From assembly GCA_038087875.1 (NCBI GenBank), contig CM075989.1, forward strand, positions 23,190,001 through 23,254,000: 64,000 bases of DNA. The letters run 5' to 3'. Positions 48,241 through 61,190 of this stretch are shown here, piece by piece (positions within the stretch are counted from its first letter, which is position 1; the number at the start of each line of letters is the position of its first letter). The notes below the pieces were generated by a model. The model saw only the letters and a program-made list of their open reading frames with translations, did no database searches and was not told the DNA's origin. The DNA is from Malacoraja senta (lineage: Eukaryota). A program made the position numbers and the translations under genes.

Positions 48241-51200
48241 TGTGAGATGCCAATTAGTTGAGAGCAGAGATTGAATAAGAAAATCAAAATACTATTATTC
48301 AAACAAAACCTAGAATCACTGAAAGTATAGATTTAATAAAAAGGTACATGTATGGAATGAAAATAAGTAACATATCCCAACGTAACTGTAACACTAGATA
48401 TAACTTAGATAACAAGAACTTAGACCACTTTTGAATATGTAATACATAAGCCAGTATGACACTAATACAAATCATTTTTCCGACATTGAGAAGTACCATT
48501 AATTATGTCAGTTAATGGGCAAGATTGTGATTTGTCTTTATCTCTCCCTGAGTTAAAAGGATGTGAAAGCAAAACCTGGCTAGTGTTGATAATGTGCAAA
48601 CCCTTGTAATAATGAAGTGAGGCCCATCCATTCTGTCAATGAGCAACTAAACCTAGCAGAACATGAACAAAGGGGCCATTGAATGTAACATGATGGAAAT
48701 AGGTCAATGTAATGAAAACTAATCCAAAACAACTTCCACCTATAAAGCAGCTTTAATTAACCAAGTATTGCAGTGTTTGTCATACACCACGGAAACAGGC
48801 CTTCCGGCCCAATTGCCCACACCACCCAACATGCCCCATTTACAGGAGTCCCACTTTCCCGTGTTTGGCCCATATCCTTCTAAGCCTGACAGACACAAAA
48901 TGCTGGAGTAAATAAGCAGTACAGGCAGCTTCTTATCTACCCGCACGTTTAACTTCTAAACCGTTCCTATACATGTAGCTGTCCAAATGGGTATTTTACC
49001 TGTTGTTATAGAGCCTGCCTCAACTACCTCCTCTGGCAGCTCGTTCCATATCCCCACCACTCTTTGTGTGAAAAGGTTCCTATTGACTCTTTCCCCCATC
49101 ACCTTAAAGGTGTTTCAAAAGATTGCAGTAAATGACATACTGAAAGCAAATCAGGTCAGATGCATGATGACCAGATGACCAAAGCTCGACTTTTGGGATT
49201 TTTAAGTAGAGTCTTAAGAGAAGTGTTTAAGGGAATCCCAAGGTTTGTCTTATGCATCTGAAGGCACAGTTGATGGAGCTTGAGAGTACAAGATCGCTCC
49301 CAATATCAGAGTTCACTATGGCAGTATTGTGGTGCAGCGGTAGAGTTGCTGCCTCACAACACCAGAGACCCAGTATAATCCTGACTACAGGTGCTGCCTG
49401 TATGGAAGTTGAATGTTCTCCACGTGACCGTGTGCATTTTCTCCAGGTGCTCCAGTTTCCTCGCACATTCCAAGGTTGTGCAGGTTTGTAGGTTACTTGG
49501 CATCTGTAAAGTGCCCCTCGTGTATAGGAAATGGAACTAATGTGAACAGGTAATTGATGGTTGGCGTGGCCTCGGTGGGCCGAAGGGCCTGTTTCCACGC
49601 TGTATCTCTAAGCTCTAGGGTGAATAGAGAACAGGAAAGAGCAAGATAATGAGTGCATTTTAAAGCAAGATTAAGAATTTTAAAACAAAAGGTATTGCTT
49701 AATTATGATCCATTGTGGGTCAGCAAACAAATGAGTGCTGGTTGAACAGTATTTAGTCAAAGTCAAAGATGCGAGGCAGTAATGCAGCGGTTCACTTTTT
49801 AGACTTTACAAAATTGAAATCTAGGAAGTATGTCTCTGTTTTATGATTTTGTGCAGAGAAAATCCCTACGGTGGACACTTGTAGATGGATGCATTACCCA
49901 ACACAGCAGTTTAAAGATCAACCTTGGGCTCAAATTTTAAACTACATTTTTATTAATTGCTTTCCTGTAAACAATTGCCCTTCCATTAATCTTTGCCAGT
50001 CGCTAGCTGTCAGGATTCAAGTCCTCAGAAATGAAAAACGTTAAGAGTATTCTGTGTTCCATCACGACTTGGGATGTTTGCCAAAGAATTGGTATTCACT
50101 AGCAAATAACTGTGGCCAAGGGAGTTGGCAAGTAGTCACCCAACAAATGTTTTCAGCTTTTCTTCTGTGGTGTTGACACGAGTCTCTGGAACCTGCTGAA
50201 GATTTTGCCAATCCGGATGTATGGTCCATTTTAACCAGAGGACAGTCGTGGCTTCTTGATCTTTACGTCGCCCGTGCTTCAGCTCCATTTTTGCAGCTCT
50301 GCTACAGACTGCCAGTGCCAGCTCTTCCTGTTACAGAATTAAATGTCTTACCATGTCATTCTGTGAACCATGTCTAGTAATGTGTTGAAGATCATTTGTC
50401 TAGCTATTCATTAACGGTCACCAAACATACAATACTCGCCAAATTCTCTGCATTTCAACGATGTGATTAGGATGCTGTACACAACAAAGAGTTTTAGACA
50501 GTTAACAAGACAACTAGCCAATTCCAGCAGGCTGTTAGTCTGAACATGTAAGGCTCTGGCACAAATATCTTCAATTAAAGTCAGAAAATGCATACAGTAT
50601 ACAAAAGTTTTTAATATACACTTATAAATGAGCAACGTTAGTCAGGTGACAAAAGATCAGTGCAGCAAGGAAAATACTAACTGAAAACCCAGATATTCTG
50701 GCTCGCTCGTTCCATCCCCCCAAAATTCAGCGAGTGTCCTGACAGTTGACTACAAGCTTTTTTTCAACCTGGTCAAAAGATGAACGCTTGATTAAAATGC
50801 AATATTTACATTCTGACTTAAAATGTGCTTCATTCTTCAGCCAAACATATTTGCTCGTTCTATACCAAGAATTACGAGCATTAACCTCACTCATTAATTT
50901 TAAGTCAATAACTACATAGGACCACATTTTAGACAATTAGTCCAAGGAGATTGAAGAAAATAACAACCCACATCACTTTCTTGCCCCAGGAAGCTATATA
51001 TTTTTTGTGTTACCTTTCGTGGACCTTATTGAACTGATGGAACAAATGCACAGAAGAAGAAAAAAATAATTGGTCATGTCCTTCAAGATCCTCTTTTATA
51101 GTAATATATACAGGGCATTATAGCAGAGATACTGATGATAATCAACTGAATAAATCAAACAGATTTTGTGCTGATGTTGAGGAAAGGGGCTGGCGGTTAA

Positions 51201-52100
51201 ATCAGCAAACATGGCTGCAGTTGAACCTAAAATCCGCAACTTGTGGTAGAAATCTAATTAAATCCAACTTACTGCCAAGCCTTGACTATCGTAGATCACG
51301 TGCATCACAACAGCAGGCAAAAATTGAAGCGTGATAGTATTACTTTATAAAACTTAGTCAATCCACCCAAGTTTGTCCATTAAGATATTTTTTCTGCTTT
51401 AATCAATGGGTTTTTTTTAAGTGCAAGGGGTCCAAATTGATCAATAAGCCATTTCCAAAGTACCTATCCTAACCATAGTTCAGATCAGTGAGATGTTGTC
51501 TGACTGGGTGACGTTGTCATGCTCCCAGCTGCTCCCTTTCCAGGCTTCGAGAGGTCTTCTCGCGTCTTAAATGTCACATTACACCAGATAATAAATCAGG
51601 CAGATCACTCCAAATAATGACAACATGTGCACGTTCCTGCTGAAGAAATGAATTGCAGAATGTGGCAAGAGCCCACATTAAATACCCAATGCAAAGGGAG
51701 ATTTTGATGGAAGGCAAATCTCTCGTTTCCAACACTTTTACCCACTTTCTCTACTCCAATTCCACTCACTGACACTTCAAGATAGTTCTCCTCTGCCGAA
51801 AAAAGATTGGAATTCTGAGCAAGGCATAGAACATTTCACTCTTTGCACCAGCTAACAGATAAGCATGCAGCCCTCATGTTTATACCAGGTCAGTGGCAAA
51901 TCCTTAAAAAAACATATATGGATTTTTCATAATACCCACCACTAGAAAACCTGAAACTTGATGAATGTTGAGAACTGGTTTCCTTCTGTTTTTGGCTCAC
52001 TCACTGAAGGGGCGGATAAAGATGCTTCAAGAGTGGCAAAGCTTTAAAGGCAACTTAAAGTCAAGCAGCTAAACCCAGCTTTGTCAACTTAAATGCTGTC

Positions 52101-52106
52101 TTTATT
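52101..52106 (-). terminator. SERF2 polyadenylation signal
   Basis: AATAAA on - strand about 355 nt downstream of the stop. Confidence 0.6.
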
Positions 52107-52459
52107 GAAACAGAATTTAGAGGGGTATCATTGATACAAAAATACAAGGCTGGTCACATAAATCCAAATGCAAGCACCTTTTCTGTTTATATTGGAATAG
52201 CCCTAGTGAATTATGCTCATGAAGAAAAAGCTCCTCTGTAGCATACAGTCTAACACTGCATCAGTAACAACCCTCCAATCCAGACGCCTCCCTTCATCAT
52301 TAAACATGGCATAATGCAATAGGAAAGATACAACAATGCAATTTTCTGAAGTACCGGAACCCAATGTATTAACTATGTTCAATATTCAAAGACAAAGCCG
52401 CGTTGCTTGTTAGACGCACCCATCCAGGAGTTGGGCAGGGAATCAGAGGAGCGTGCGGG

Positions 52460-52550
52460 TTAGTTCGAAGTACCCGCTTGAGCTCCATCAGCATTTCCAT
52501 CATCTCCATCTCCATTTCCTTTTTGCTTCTGCTGCATTATTTGGGCATCC
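52460..52550 (-). CDS. SERF2: SERF2 exon 3 coding part
   Basis: ttgcag acceptor; [10 protein letters not shown] motif; TAA stop. Confidence 0.92.
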
Positions 52551-55500
52551 CTGCAAGAATACAAATTGTAAGCAACCACAATCACAATATTCTTCAAATA
52601 CATTGAGAATACGTTATGGCAATCTTTTGCAGTGCAACTGCAACTTTACAGATCAAGGCAGTAAATATAAATAATTTCTCAACAAAATAGTCCAATGCCG
52701 AGAGTAGGCTCGTTCTGGAGGTACAGAATTTTGATTTACACCAATCAAGTCATTTTAGATAAACCATTATTAAAAGCATAAGATATTTGATAAAGTAAGC
52801 TGTAGATACTATTCACAGAGGGGAGCAAGAGATTATGCACGTGTCAGTTGGCACTTCAACAGGTTCCTTGTGATGTCCAATACAAACTTTGTAATTTCCT
52901 GTAATGTTATTTAATATAACTTATTTAATATAAAGTTATTTAATATAATGCTTTGGATTCATACTTAAAGACTTCAATGTCACTTTATTGTCACCTGTAC
53001 TAAGTATTAAGCAGGCAGAAACCAGCAAACCTGCTATGTATTTCCAGTATTAATTGCTTTGTTCTCTAATGGACAGCCAACTCACTAATGGAGCCAGAAA
53101 CTACATTCTTCCCTCTATATCTCTGGACTATCAGAAGCTTCACTGAAATATTTATCACATTTTTAATATTTATTTTAAGCAGGGACAGTGCATATTGATA
53201 AACATTTACATGTAAATATGCAAGATTATAGCCAGTAGCTAATTTCAACCTTTAGTCCCATAATTCAGCTAATATTGCAAGGCTTACCTCTCTTTTCTGG
53301 CTGCAGCAGATAAACCATCGTCCTTCCGTTTCTTCTTTCCATGATCATTTGATTTTTTTGCATTTTTCTGACGAGCAAGTTCTCGTTGATTACCACCTGA
53401 AAAAGGGGGGGGGGGGGGGGGAAAGCCCATGGTGACTGTCTTAGTTTGATGACCTTTGGTATCACAACAGCATTTCATCAAAAACAGTGGTTGTGCATTT
53501 AAAAAAGCTTCCGCAAAGGGAAGGAGGAAAACATTGAAACATTGCTTCCCCAGTTGTTATTATCTAATACATATATTTAAAACCTAAATCTTACTAATTG
53601 TGCACAGAAATTAATACATAGGCTATGTGGACAAAAATCCCACCTTATACGTTGATCTTATCCCCATAACGATACTTTTATTTTCATGCAATTCAAAACA
53701 TTGCAATAGTAACTCTAATCCACACGTACATTTTAGAAGTACAGTCTACCCTCATTATTATGAATCTATTTATAATGGTTTTTGGTTATAGCTGACAAAA
53801 TCGGTTGTAACCAATGCGACTGTTAATATCGGGGACAAAGGACTGGATTTGTTGTATCATGGAGTGACCATTAGGTGGTTGGAGCAAATGCATTTTCATT
53901 AAAGTTCAGTATAGATTCTACACGGTGTGTCTTGTTTCATGTATGTTTATTGGTTGATTTTCCAATACTACATATTTACCTCACCTTACTCGGTTATACG
54001 GGCAATTGGCAACAACAGACACCATACCCCCCCCCTATGGTCTATTATAACATGGGTTATCCGTATTAAACCATGTTTTTCATATACAGAGAGGTTGAGA
54101 TATTTTGATGAGATAGAGATTAAGAGATTCTTGATATAAAGAGAGGTTGCATATATAGAGAGATTGAGAGGCTCTGAGAGGGATCGGGATGTCCTTGTAC
54201 ACAAATTACAGCCTGCATTCAGCAACTTACACTGGCTGATAAATGTTTCAGCCTGTCTCTGGGATGTGCGAGGGAGCTGGAGCTTTTGGGGGAATCCCCA
54301 CATAATCACAGAGAGAATGTGCAATGTTGTACGTTTTATTTACTTTCCTAATTACATCTGCATGATGACTTGCTGTAATTTGTGTACCACCCATATCCCT
54401 CTCAGAGCCTCTCAGTATATGCAACCTCTCTTTATATCAAAAACCTCTGAATCTCTATCTCATCAAAATATCTCAACCTCTCTGTATATATAAAAAACAT
54501 GGTTTAATACAGATAACCCTTGTTAGAATGTTGCCAGGACTAGAGGGTGTGAGCTATAGGGAGAGGTTGAGTAGGCTGGGACACTATCCCTTGGTGCGCT
54601 GGAGGACGAGGGGTAATCTTATAGAGGTGTATAAAATCATGAGAGGAATAGATAGGGTAGATGCACAGAGTCTCTTGCCCAGAGTAGGTGAATCGAGAAC
54701 CAGAGGACATAGGTTTAAGAGGAAAAGATTTAATAGGAATCTGAGGGGTAACTTTTTCACACAAAGGGTGGTGGGTGTATGGAACACACTTCCAGAGTAG
54801 GAAGTTGAGGCTGGGACTATCCCAACTTTTAAGAAAGTTAGACAGGTACATGGATAGGACAGGTTGGAGGGATATGGACCAAACGCAGGCAGGTGGGACT
54901 AGTGGTCCCGCGGTCTAGGCATAAGCTCAGGAGCGACCGCGCCTTTGCGGTTGCAGCTCCTAGACTGTGGAACAGCATCCCCTTTCCCATCAGAACTGCC
55001 CCCTCCATCGACTCCTTTAAGTCAAGACTAAAAACTTATCTATACTCCCAAGCCTTTCTTGACATCCTCTGAGGGAGGGCTATATGTATATATGTATGTA
55101 GTTTGTTTGTTTATATTATTCTTATAACAAATGTAAAGCACTTTGGCCAACGAGAGTTGTTTTTAAAATGTGCTATATTAATAAATGTGACTTGACTTGA
55201 CTAGTGTAGCTGGGGCATGTTGGCCGTTGTGGGCAAGTTGGGCCGAGGGGCCTGTTTCCACACTGTATCACTCTATGATTCTATATGCATCTAAAATACC
55301 CTCTTCCCCTTTTAGGCCTATTTAAGTCCTCCTTGCATTGACATTGTGGCATTAATGTGGCATTTATAATTGAGATAAGCTGCATGCAATCATAGTCGAA
55401 AAGGCAATTATAGAAGTGAAAAATGGCTGGAAGTGAATTGAAAAATAGCTAGCAGTGAAAGCTTTGTATGAACTATAGACATTTTATAGAACATAATACA

Positions 55501-58500
55501 TCACTTTCAGTGCTTCCAAGCACCCCAAAAGGTCAACAATTCACTTATGAATTTGGAAACCTAGTGTACATTTAGTTTCAAATAAATAATGGCCCAGTAT
55601 TAAATCAACTGTCATGTGTCTCAGCAAGGCACACTGAAATCAATTTAGAGTCATATTTGGTTGCAAATATAAACAAGCCTATTCCTAAATTAATTTGATT
55701 GTTAATAATTGAAAATGAAACTCATTTATATCCAAGAACAGAGGGGCTCAGAATCCTTTCAAAATGAGGTTCAATTATGTTATTAAGTTATTTTCCACAG
55801 TCCGGGGGACTTCAAATAAAACACAGACTAAAACTGACTTGTCAAAAGACATTAATATACGTTGACCCAGCTGTTTGGAACGGCCAGTCCTGTTATCAAA
55901 TAACAAATAAAATAATATCTCAGCACAAGACTGGATCATCAGGTAGTAGCTGAGATAAAGTGGAATGCATAGCACCACCTCCATCAACTACAGCTGCTTA
56001 TTCAAGAATTTGGCAGAGGTGCAGATTCACATTCATGAACAAAATTAACTAGCTAAAAAGTGTTGTCCTACAGTAATGAACATTCTGCTATTCATATTTT
56101 CACAAGTACTGTCCATTTGGTGTGAATTCACTACTTTAAAATCTAATTATACATAAATACACTGCATCCCAGTACTGATTGCCTTACGATTAGCAGAGCA
56201 CAATACCACAATTGCTAAAGTAATTCCTACACTAGTAACTGTTACATGCTGGAGATGCGAAAGATGTTCTTTGGCACTAGGTTATTAGTTTGCATTTTTA
56301 TAACATTTCTACAGAAGGAAGGCTTTGGACAATCTTATTCAGTACCAACAGTCTAAGTGTAATTGAGTTTTATTGCAAACACCATTAACAATATAAAGAA
56401 AATTAACAAATATGAAGTGTACAACTGCATTGAGGGATTCAAATCTTGTAACTGCATCACCGAGCAGCAGTAAAGGTCTGGTCTGACATTTGTAGATAAT
56501 TACATATAATAATTACAGCAACAAATAATCCAATTCCTACCAGATCATAAAAAAATGACAGATGCCAGTGGCTAAAAATTACGTCATGCTCCAGTTTATC
56601 ATTGGACATAAGAGCTCAAGCATTGACTAAATAAACTGGCCAAACAAAGTCCATGTTTCAAATGTAAATTGAAGACAACATTTAGAAGTACAGTCACAAG
56701 TAATAGATTGAGAATAGTTTTTAGCCAGATTTATATTTTACTATATCTGAGTAACTAATCAGAGGGATTACAATGATAAGGGTTTCAATATTTCTTTATC
56801 AACAACCTCAAGAGATAGGGCAATTTCAACGTGATTGAGGTGGGGTGGGGGAAAGAGTCAGTAATTGCCTCCTCCAGAGAGCTATGAAGATTGAGGTAAT
56901 TGTAGCTTGCACAATGGAGCTCGATAGGTTTGTCAGACACCTGGTAAAGCAACTGAAGGGGAATAGGGAGATTAACTCCTTCTCAAAAGTCAATGCCTTA
57001 TGTCCCAAAACAGAACAATTAAATTCTTACTTGCAGTAGCACAACAGATAATGAGAGCATAGTACTTTGTAAGCAACGTAAGCAAAAAAGTTCAGCTTAT
57101 TAAAAAAAATATTTAGACAGGTACATGGATAGGATTAGAGAGATAAGGGCTAAATGCAGGCAGGTCTAGTTTAGTTATTGGCTTGTGTACTGAGGTACAG
57201 TGAATAACTTTTATTGAGTGCTAACCAGTCAGCAAAAAGACTATACTTGATTACAATCGAGCTATCCACATTGCACAGATACAGGATAATGGGAATAACG
57301 TTTAGTGCAAGACAAAGTTCGATTAAAGATAGACCGAGGGTCTCCAACGATGTAGATGGAAGGTCGGGACCGTTCTCCAGTGATAGGATGGTTCAGTTGC
57401 CTGATAACAGCTGGGAAGAAACGGTATCTGAATCTGGAGATAATCCCAGGAATATGATGATCCCACAGATGAGCACCAGGCGTTAATCTCAAACACCATT
57501 ACTGATTTCATCACTTCTGGCTGCCTGCCTGCCTTCCACAAGTTCAAGTCAAGTTCAAGTGAGTTTATTGTCATGTGTCTCTGATAGGACAATGAAATTC
57601 TTGCTTTGCTTCAGCACAACAGAACATAGTAGGCATTGACTACAAAACAGATCAGTGTGTCCATATACCCTTCTATAAATATATACAGCCTCCAACCTGA
57701 CCGTTTCCCAGCCCCGCGCAGCCTGTTCTTACCTTCTCCCCAAAATCTACAAACACAACTGCCCTGGCAGACCCATTTTTTCTGCCTGCTCCTGTCCCAC
57801 GGAAATGATTTCCATATACCTCGACTCTATCCTACCCCCCCCTGGTCCAATCTCTCCCGACCTATGTCCAAGATACCTCACATGCCCTTCGTCACTTTAA
57901 TGGCTTCCACTTTCCGAGCTCCCACTCCCTCATCTTTACTATAGACGTTCAGTCACTCTACACCTCCAAACCCTACCGGGAAGGCCTTAAAGCCCTCAGT
58001 TTCTTCCTCGACCGCGGAATCATCCAATTTCCCTCTACTAACACTCTACTTCACCTAGCGTAGCTGTTCCTCATCCTCAACAACTTCTCCTATGACGCCT
58101 CCCACTTCCCCCAATCCAAAGCGTAGTTATGGGCACTTGCATGGACCCCATCTATACCTGCCTCTTTGTAGGGTACGTTGAATAATCCCTGTTCCAGGCG
58201 TACACTGGCCCTTTCCCCGAACTCTATCTCTGTTACATTAATGACTGTATCGGTGCTACCTCCTGCCCCCGTGCAGAACTCATGGACTTCATCAACTTCA
58301 CCACCAATTTTCATCCTGCACTCAAATTTACTTGGACCATCTCTGACACCACCCTCCCTTTCTTGATCTCAGTCTCCACCACAAGAAATAGACTAGTGAC
58401 TGACATCTATTACAAACCCACTGACTCCCACAACTATCTCGACTACACTTCTTCCCACCCTGCTTCCTGCAAAGACTCTATCCCCTACTCCCAATTCCTC

Positions 58501-60798
58501 CGTCTACGCCGCATCAGCGCCCAAGATGAGGTGTTCCATACTAGAACATCCGAGATGTCCTCATTCTTTAGGGAACGGGGGTTGCCCTCTCCCATCATAA
58601 ATGAGGTCCTCACTCGTGTCTCCTCGGTATCCCGCAGCTCCACCCTTGCTCCCCCTCCCCCTAGTCGCAACAGAGACAGAGCCCCCCTAGTCCTTACTTT
58701 CCATCCCATCAGCTGTCGGATACAACACATAATCTTCTGAAAATTCCGCCACCTCCAATGGGATCCCACCACTAGCCACATTTTCCCATCGCCACCCCTT
58801 TCCTCCTTCTGCAGAGACCGCTCCCTCTGCAACTCCCTGGTTAACTCATCCCTTCCCATCACCTCCCCAGGTATCTTCCCCTTCAACCGCAGGGCGATCT
58901 TTTCGCGGAACACCTTCGCTCTGCCCGCGTGAACCAACCTGATCTCCCGGTTCCTGGACACTTTAATTCTCCTTCCCATTCCCACACAGACCTTTCTGTC
59001 CTCGGTCTCCTCCATTGTCAGAGTGAGGCTAAACACAAATTGGAGGAACAGTATCTCATATTTCACTTGGGCAGCTTACAGCCCAGTGGTATGAATAGTG
59101 ATTTCTCTCACTTCAGGTAGCCCCGGCATTCCCCCTCACTCTATTCCTCCCCCACCCAACTCGTACTAGCTTCTCATTTTCACCCTACAAACAGCTTACA
59201 ATGGCCTGTTTAGTCAGAGGGTGGTGAATCTGTAGAATTCTTTGCCACAGAAGGCTGTGGAGGCCAAGTGAATGGATATTTTTAAGGCAGAGATAGACAG
59301 ATTCTTGATTAGTACGAGTGTCAGGGTTATGGGGAGAAGGCAGGAAAATGGGGTTTTGAGGGAGCGATAGATCAGCAATGATTGAATGGCGGAGTAGCTT
59401 GATGGGCTGAATAACCTAATTCTACTCCTATCAACAATGTGCATGTTTACACTTCTGTACCTCTTGCCCGATGGGAGAGGAGAGAAGAGGGAGTGAATGG
59501 GGGTGAGACTGGTCCTTGATTGTGCTGCTGGCCTGGCCGAGGCACCATGAAGTGAAGATGGCGTCTACCTGCTGGTACACTCTTGACTCTAGTATCGGAA
59601 GGAACTGCACATGCTGGTTTAAACCGAAGATAGACACAAAATGCTGGAGTAACTCAGCGGGACAGGCAGCATCTCTGGAGAGAAGTTATGGATGACGTTT
59701 CAGGTCGAGACCCTTCTTCAGACTAGGAGTCAGGGGAGAGGGAAACAAGAGATATATAAGATGAAGTAAAAAGATAGAACAAATGAATGAAAGATATGCA
59801 AAAAAGTAACGATGATAAAGGAAACAGGTCATTGTTATCTTGACTCGTGTTGCTGCAAGTAAGAATTTCATTTGATAGGAGTAGAATTAGGCCATTCAGC
59901 CCATCAAGTCTACTCCGCTATTCAATCATGACTGATCTATCTCACCCTCCTAACCCCATTCTCCTGCCTTCCCCCCATATTCTCCTGACACCCGTACTAA
60001 TCTAGATTCTATCCATCTCTGCCATAAAAATATCTACTGACTTGGCCTCCACAGCCTTCTGTGGCAAATAATTCCACATATTCACCACCCTCTGACTAAA
60101 GATTCACCACTGTCCATCATTGTTCTATCTGGGACATATGACAATAAAACACTCTTGACTATGACCACCTCTTTAATCTCCCCCTACCCCCTTTAATCTC
60201 CCCCTGCCCCCTTTAATCTCCCCCTGCCCCCTTTAATCTCCCCCTACCCTCTTTAATCTTCCCCTACCCCTTTAATCTTCCCCTACCCCTTTAATCTTCC
60301 CCTACCCCCTTTAATCTTCCCCTACACCCTTTAATCTCCCCCTACCCTCTTTAATCTCCCCCTACCCTCTTTAATCTCCCCCTACCCTCTTTAATCTCTC
60401 CCTACCCTCTTTAATCTCCCCCTACCCCTTTAATCTTCCCCTACCCCTTTAAGACCCCTCCCCTTTAAGCCTCTTCCCTTTAAATCCCCCTCCCCTTTAA
60501 GGGCGCCTGGTTTGGGCCGACTTCTATCCCGCGGTGTTTACGTGGCAGGAGAAGGCGCCATGGCGGAGGTCGCCGTCAACCCGGCGGCTCTGGGTGAGGC
60601 CCGTCCCATCTCGGCCGCCTCCAAACCTAACCCTGTCGGGCCTCCCGCGTCCGGCGGCCTGGAGCCAGGGTCTCGCCGAGCGGTGTTAGCGGGGATCGGG
60701 GCCGCATCGGTGGGTGTGTGTGTGTGTGTGTGTGAACCGTGGGGCCGACCCGACCCGACCCGACCCCTCCCACTCTCAGACGGAGACTCACGGGTCAT
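52460..60798 (-). CDS. SERF2: Small EDRK-rich factor 2 (68 aa), complete 3-exon CDS: 60798-60792, 53396-53288, 52550-52460
   Basis: Spliced product [68 protein letters not shown]. The MTRGNQRE start and [10 protein letters not shown] are SERF2-type. The 7-nt first coding exon is in a ccaaccATGA context with a gtgagt donor; exon 2 is 109 nt; all splice sites are GT-AG. Confidence 0.93.
53288..53396 (-). CDS. SERF2: SERF2 exon 2
   Basis: [14 protein letters not shown]…[12 protein letters not shown]; poly-C/T acceptor tract, gtaagc donor. Confidence 0.95.
54048..54525. mobile_element. Foldback/MITE-like element with inverted arms of about 130 bp in SERF2 intron 1
   Basis: 54054-54184 is an imperfect reverse complement of 54395-54519. 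Confidence 0.7.
54907..55198 (+). mobile_element. L2 3' end fragment nested in a CR1 3' end
   Basis: Near-identical to 43633-43920; flanked by duplicated GACTAGTG. Confidence 0.85.
57690..59210 (+). mobile_element. Degenerate Penelope-like element (RT and GIY-YIG endonuclease C-terminal parts)
   Basis: FHPALKFTW…LPFL…[18 protein letters not shown]…[13 protein letters not shown] (PLE RT/thumb) and HFNSPSHS…[18 protein letters not shown] (GIY-YIG tail); frameshifted. Confidence 0.88.
60170..60500. repeat. Minisatellite of about 20 bp (TTTAATCTCCCCCTACCCCT)n in SERF2 intron 1
   Basis: About 15 imperfect units seen directly. Confidence 0.95.
60792..60798 (-). CDS. SERF2: SERF2 exon 1 coding part (ATG ACC C)
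   Basis: ATG in CpG island followed by GTGAGT donor; C+GT completes Arg3. Confidence 0.88.
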
Positions 60799-60949
60799 GG
60801 TTGGCTGCGTCGCTGCTCCTCCCGCCCCCGCCGCCGCCTCACGGACCGACCGTCCGTCCGTCCGCTCTTCCCGCCCTCGCCGCCGCTGTTGTTGTCGTTC
60901 CCCGCCGCCGCCGCCGTCCTCCCCTGCCGTCGCCTCACGGACCGTCCGC

Positions 60950-61190
60950 CCGCCGCCGCCGATGCTGCCTCCTACCGTCCGCTGCCGATGCTGCCCCCCT
61001 ACCGTCCACCGCCCGCCGCTGCCGCCGCCGATGCTGCCCCCTACCGCCCGCCGCCGCCGATGCTGCCCCCTACCGCCCGCCGCTGCCGATGCTGCCCCCC
61101 ACCGCCCGCCGCTGCCGCCGCCGATGCTGCCCCCTATCGCCCACCGCTGCCGCCGCCGATGCTGCCCCCTACCGCCTACCGTGGATGCCG
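60950..61190. repeat. GC-rich minisatellite (GCCGCCGATGCTGCCCCCTACCGCCC-like) upstream of the SERF2 ATG
   Basis: About 7 variable units seen directly. Confidence 0.9.

Noticed and set aside
56160..56290. Weak inverted repeat in a repeat-poor part of SERF2 intron 1 (snoRNA or miRNA candidate)
   Set aside because: Pairing is short, and no convincing C/D or H/ACA boxes were identified.
60170..60500. Regularly spaced repeats superficially like a CRISPR array
   Set aside because: No unique spacers, no cas genes, eukaryotic context; a simple minisatellite.
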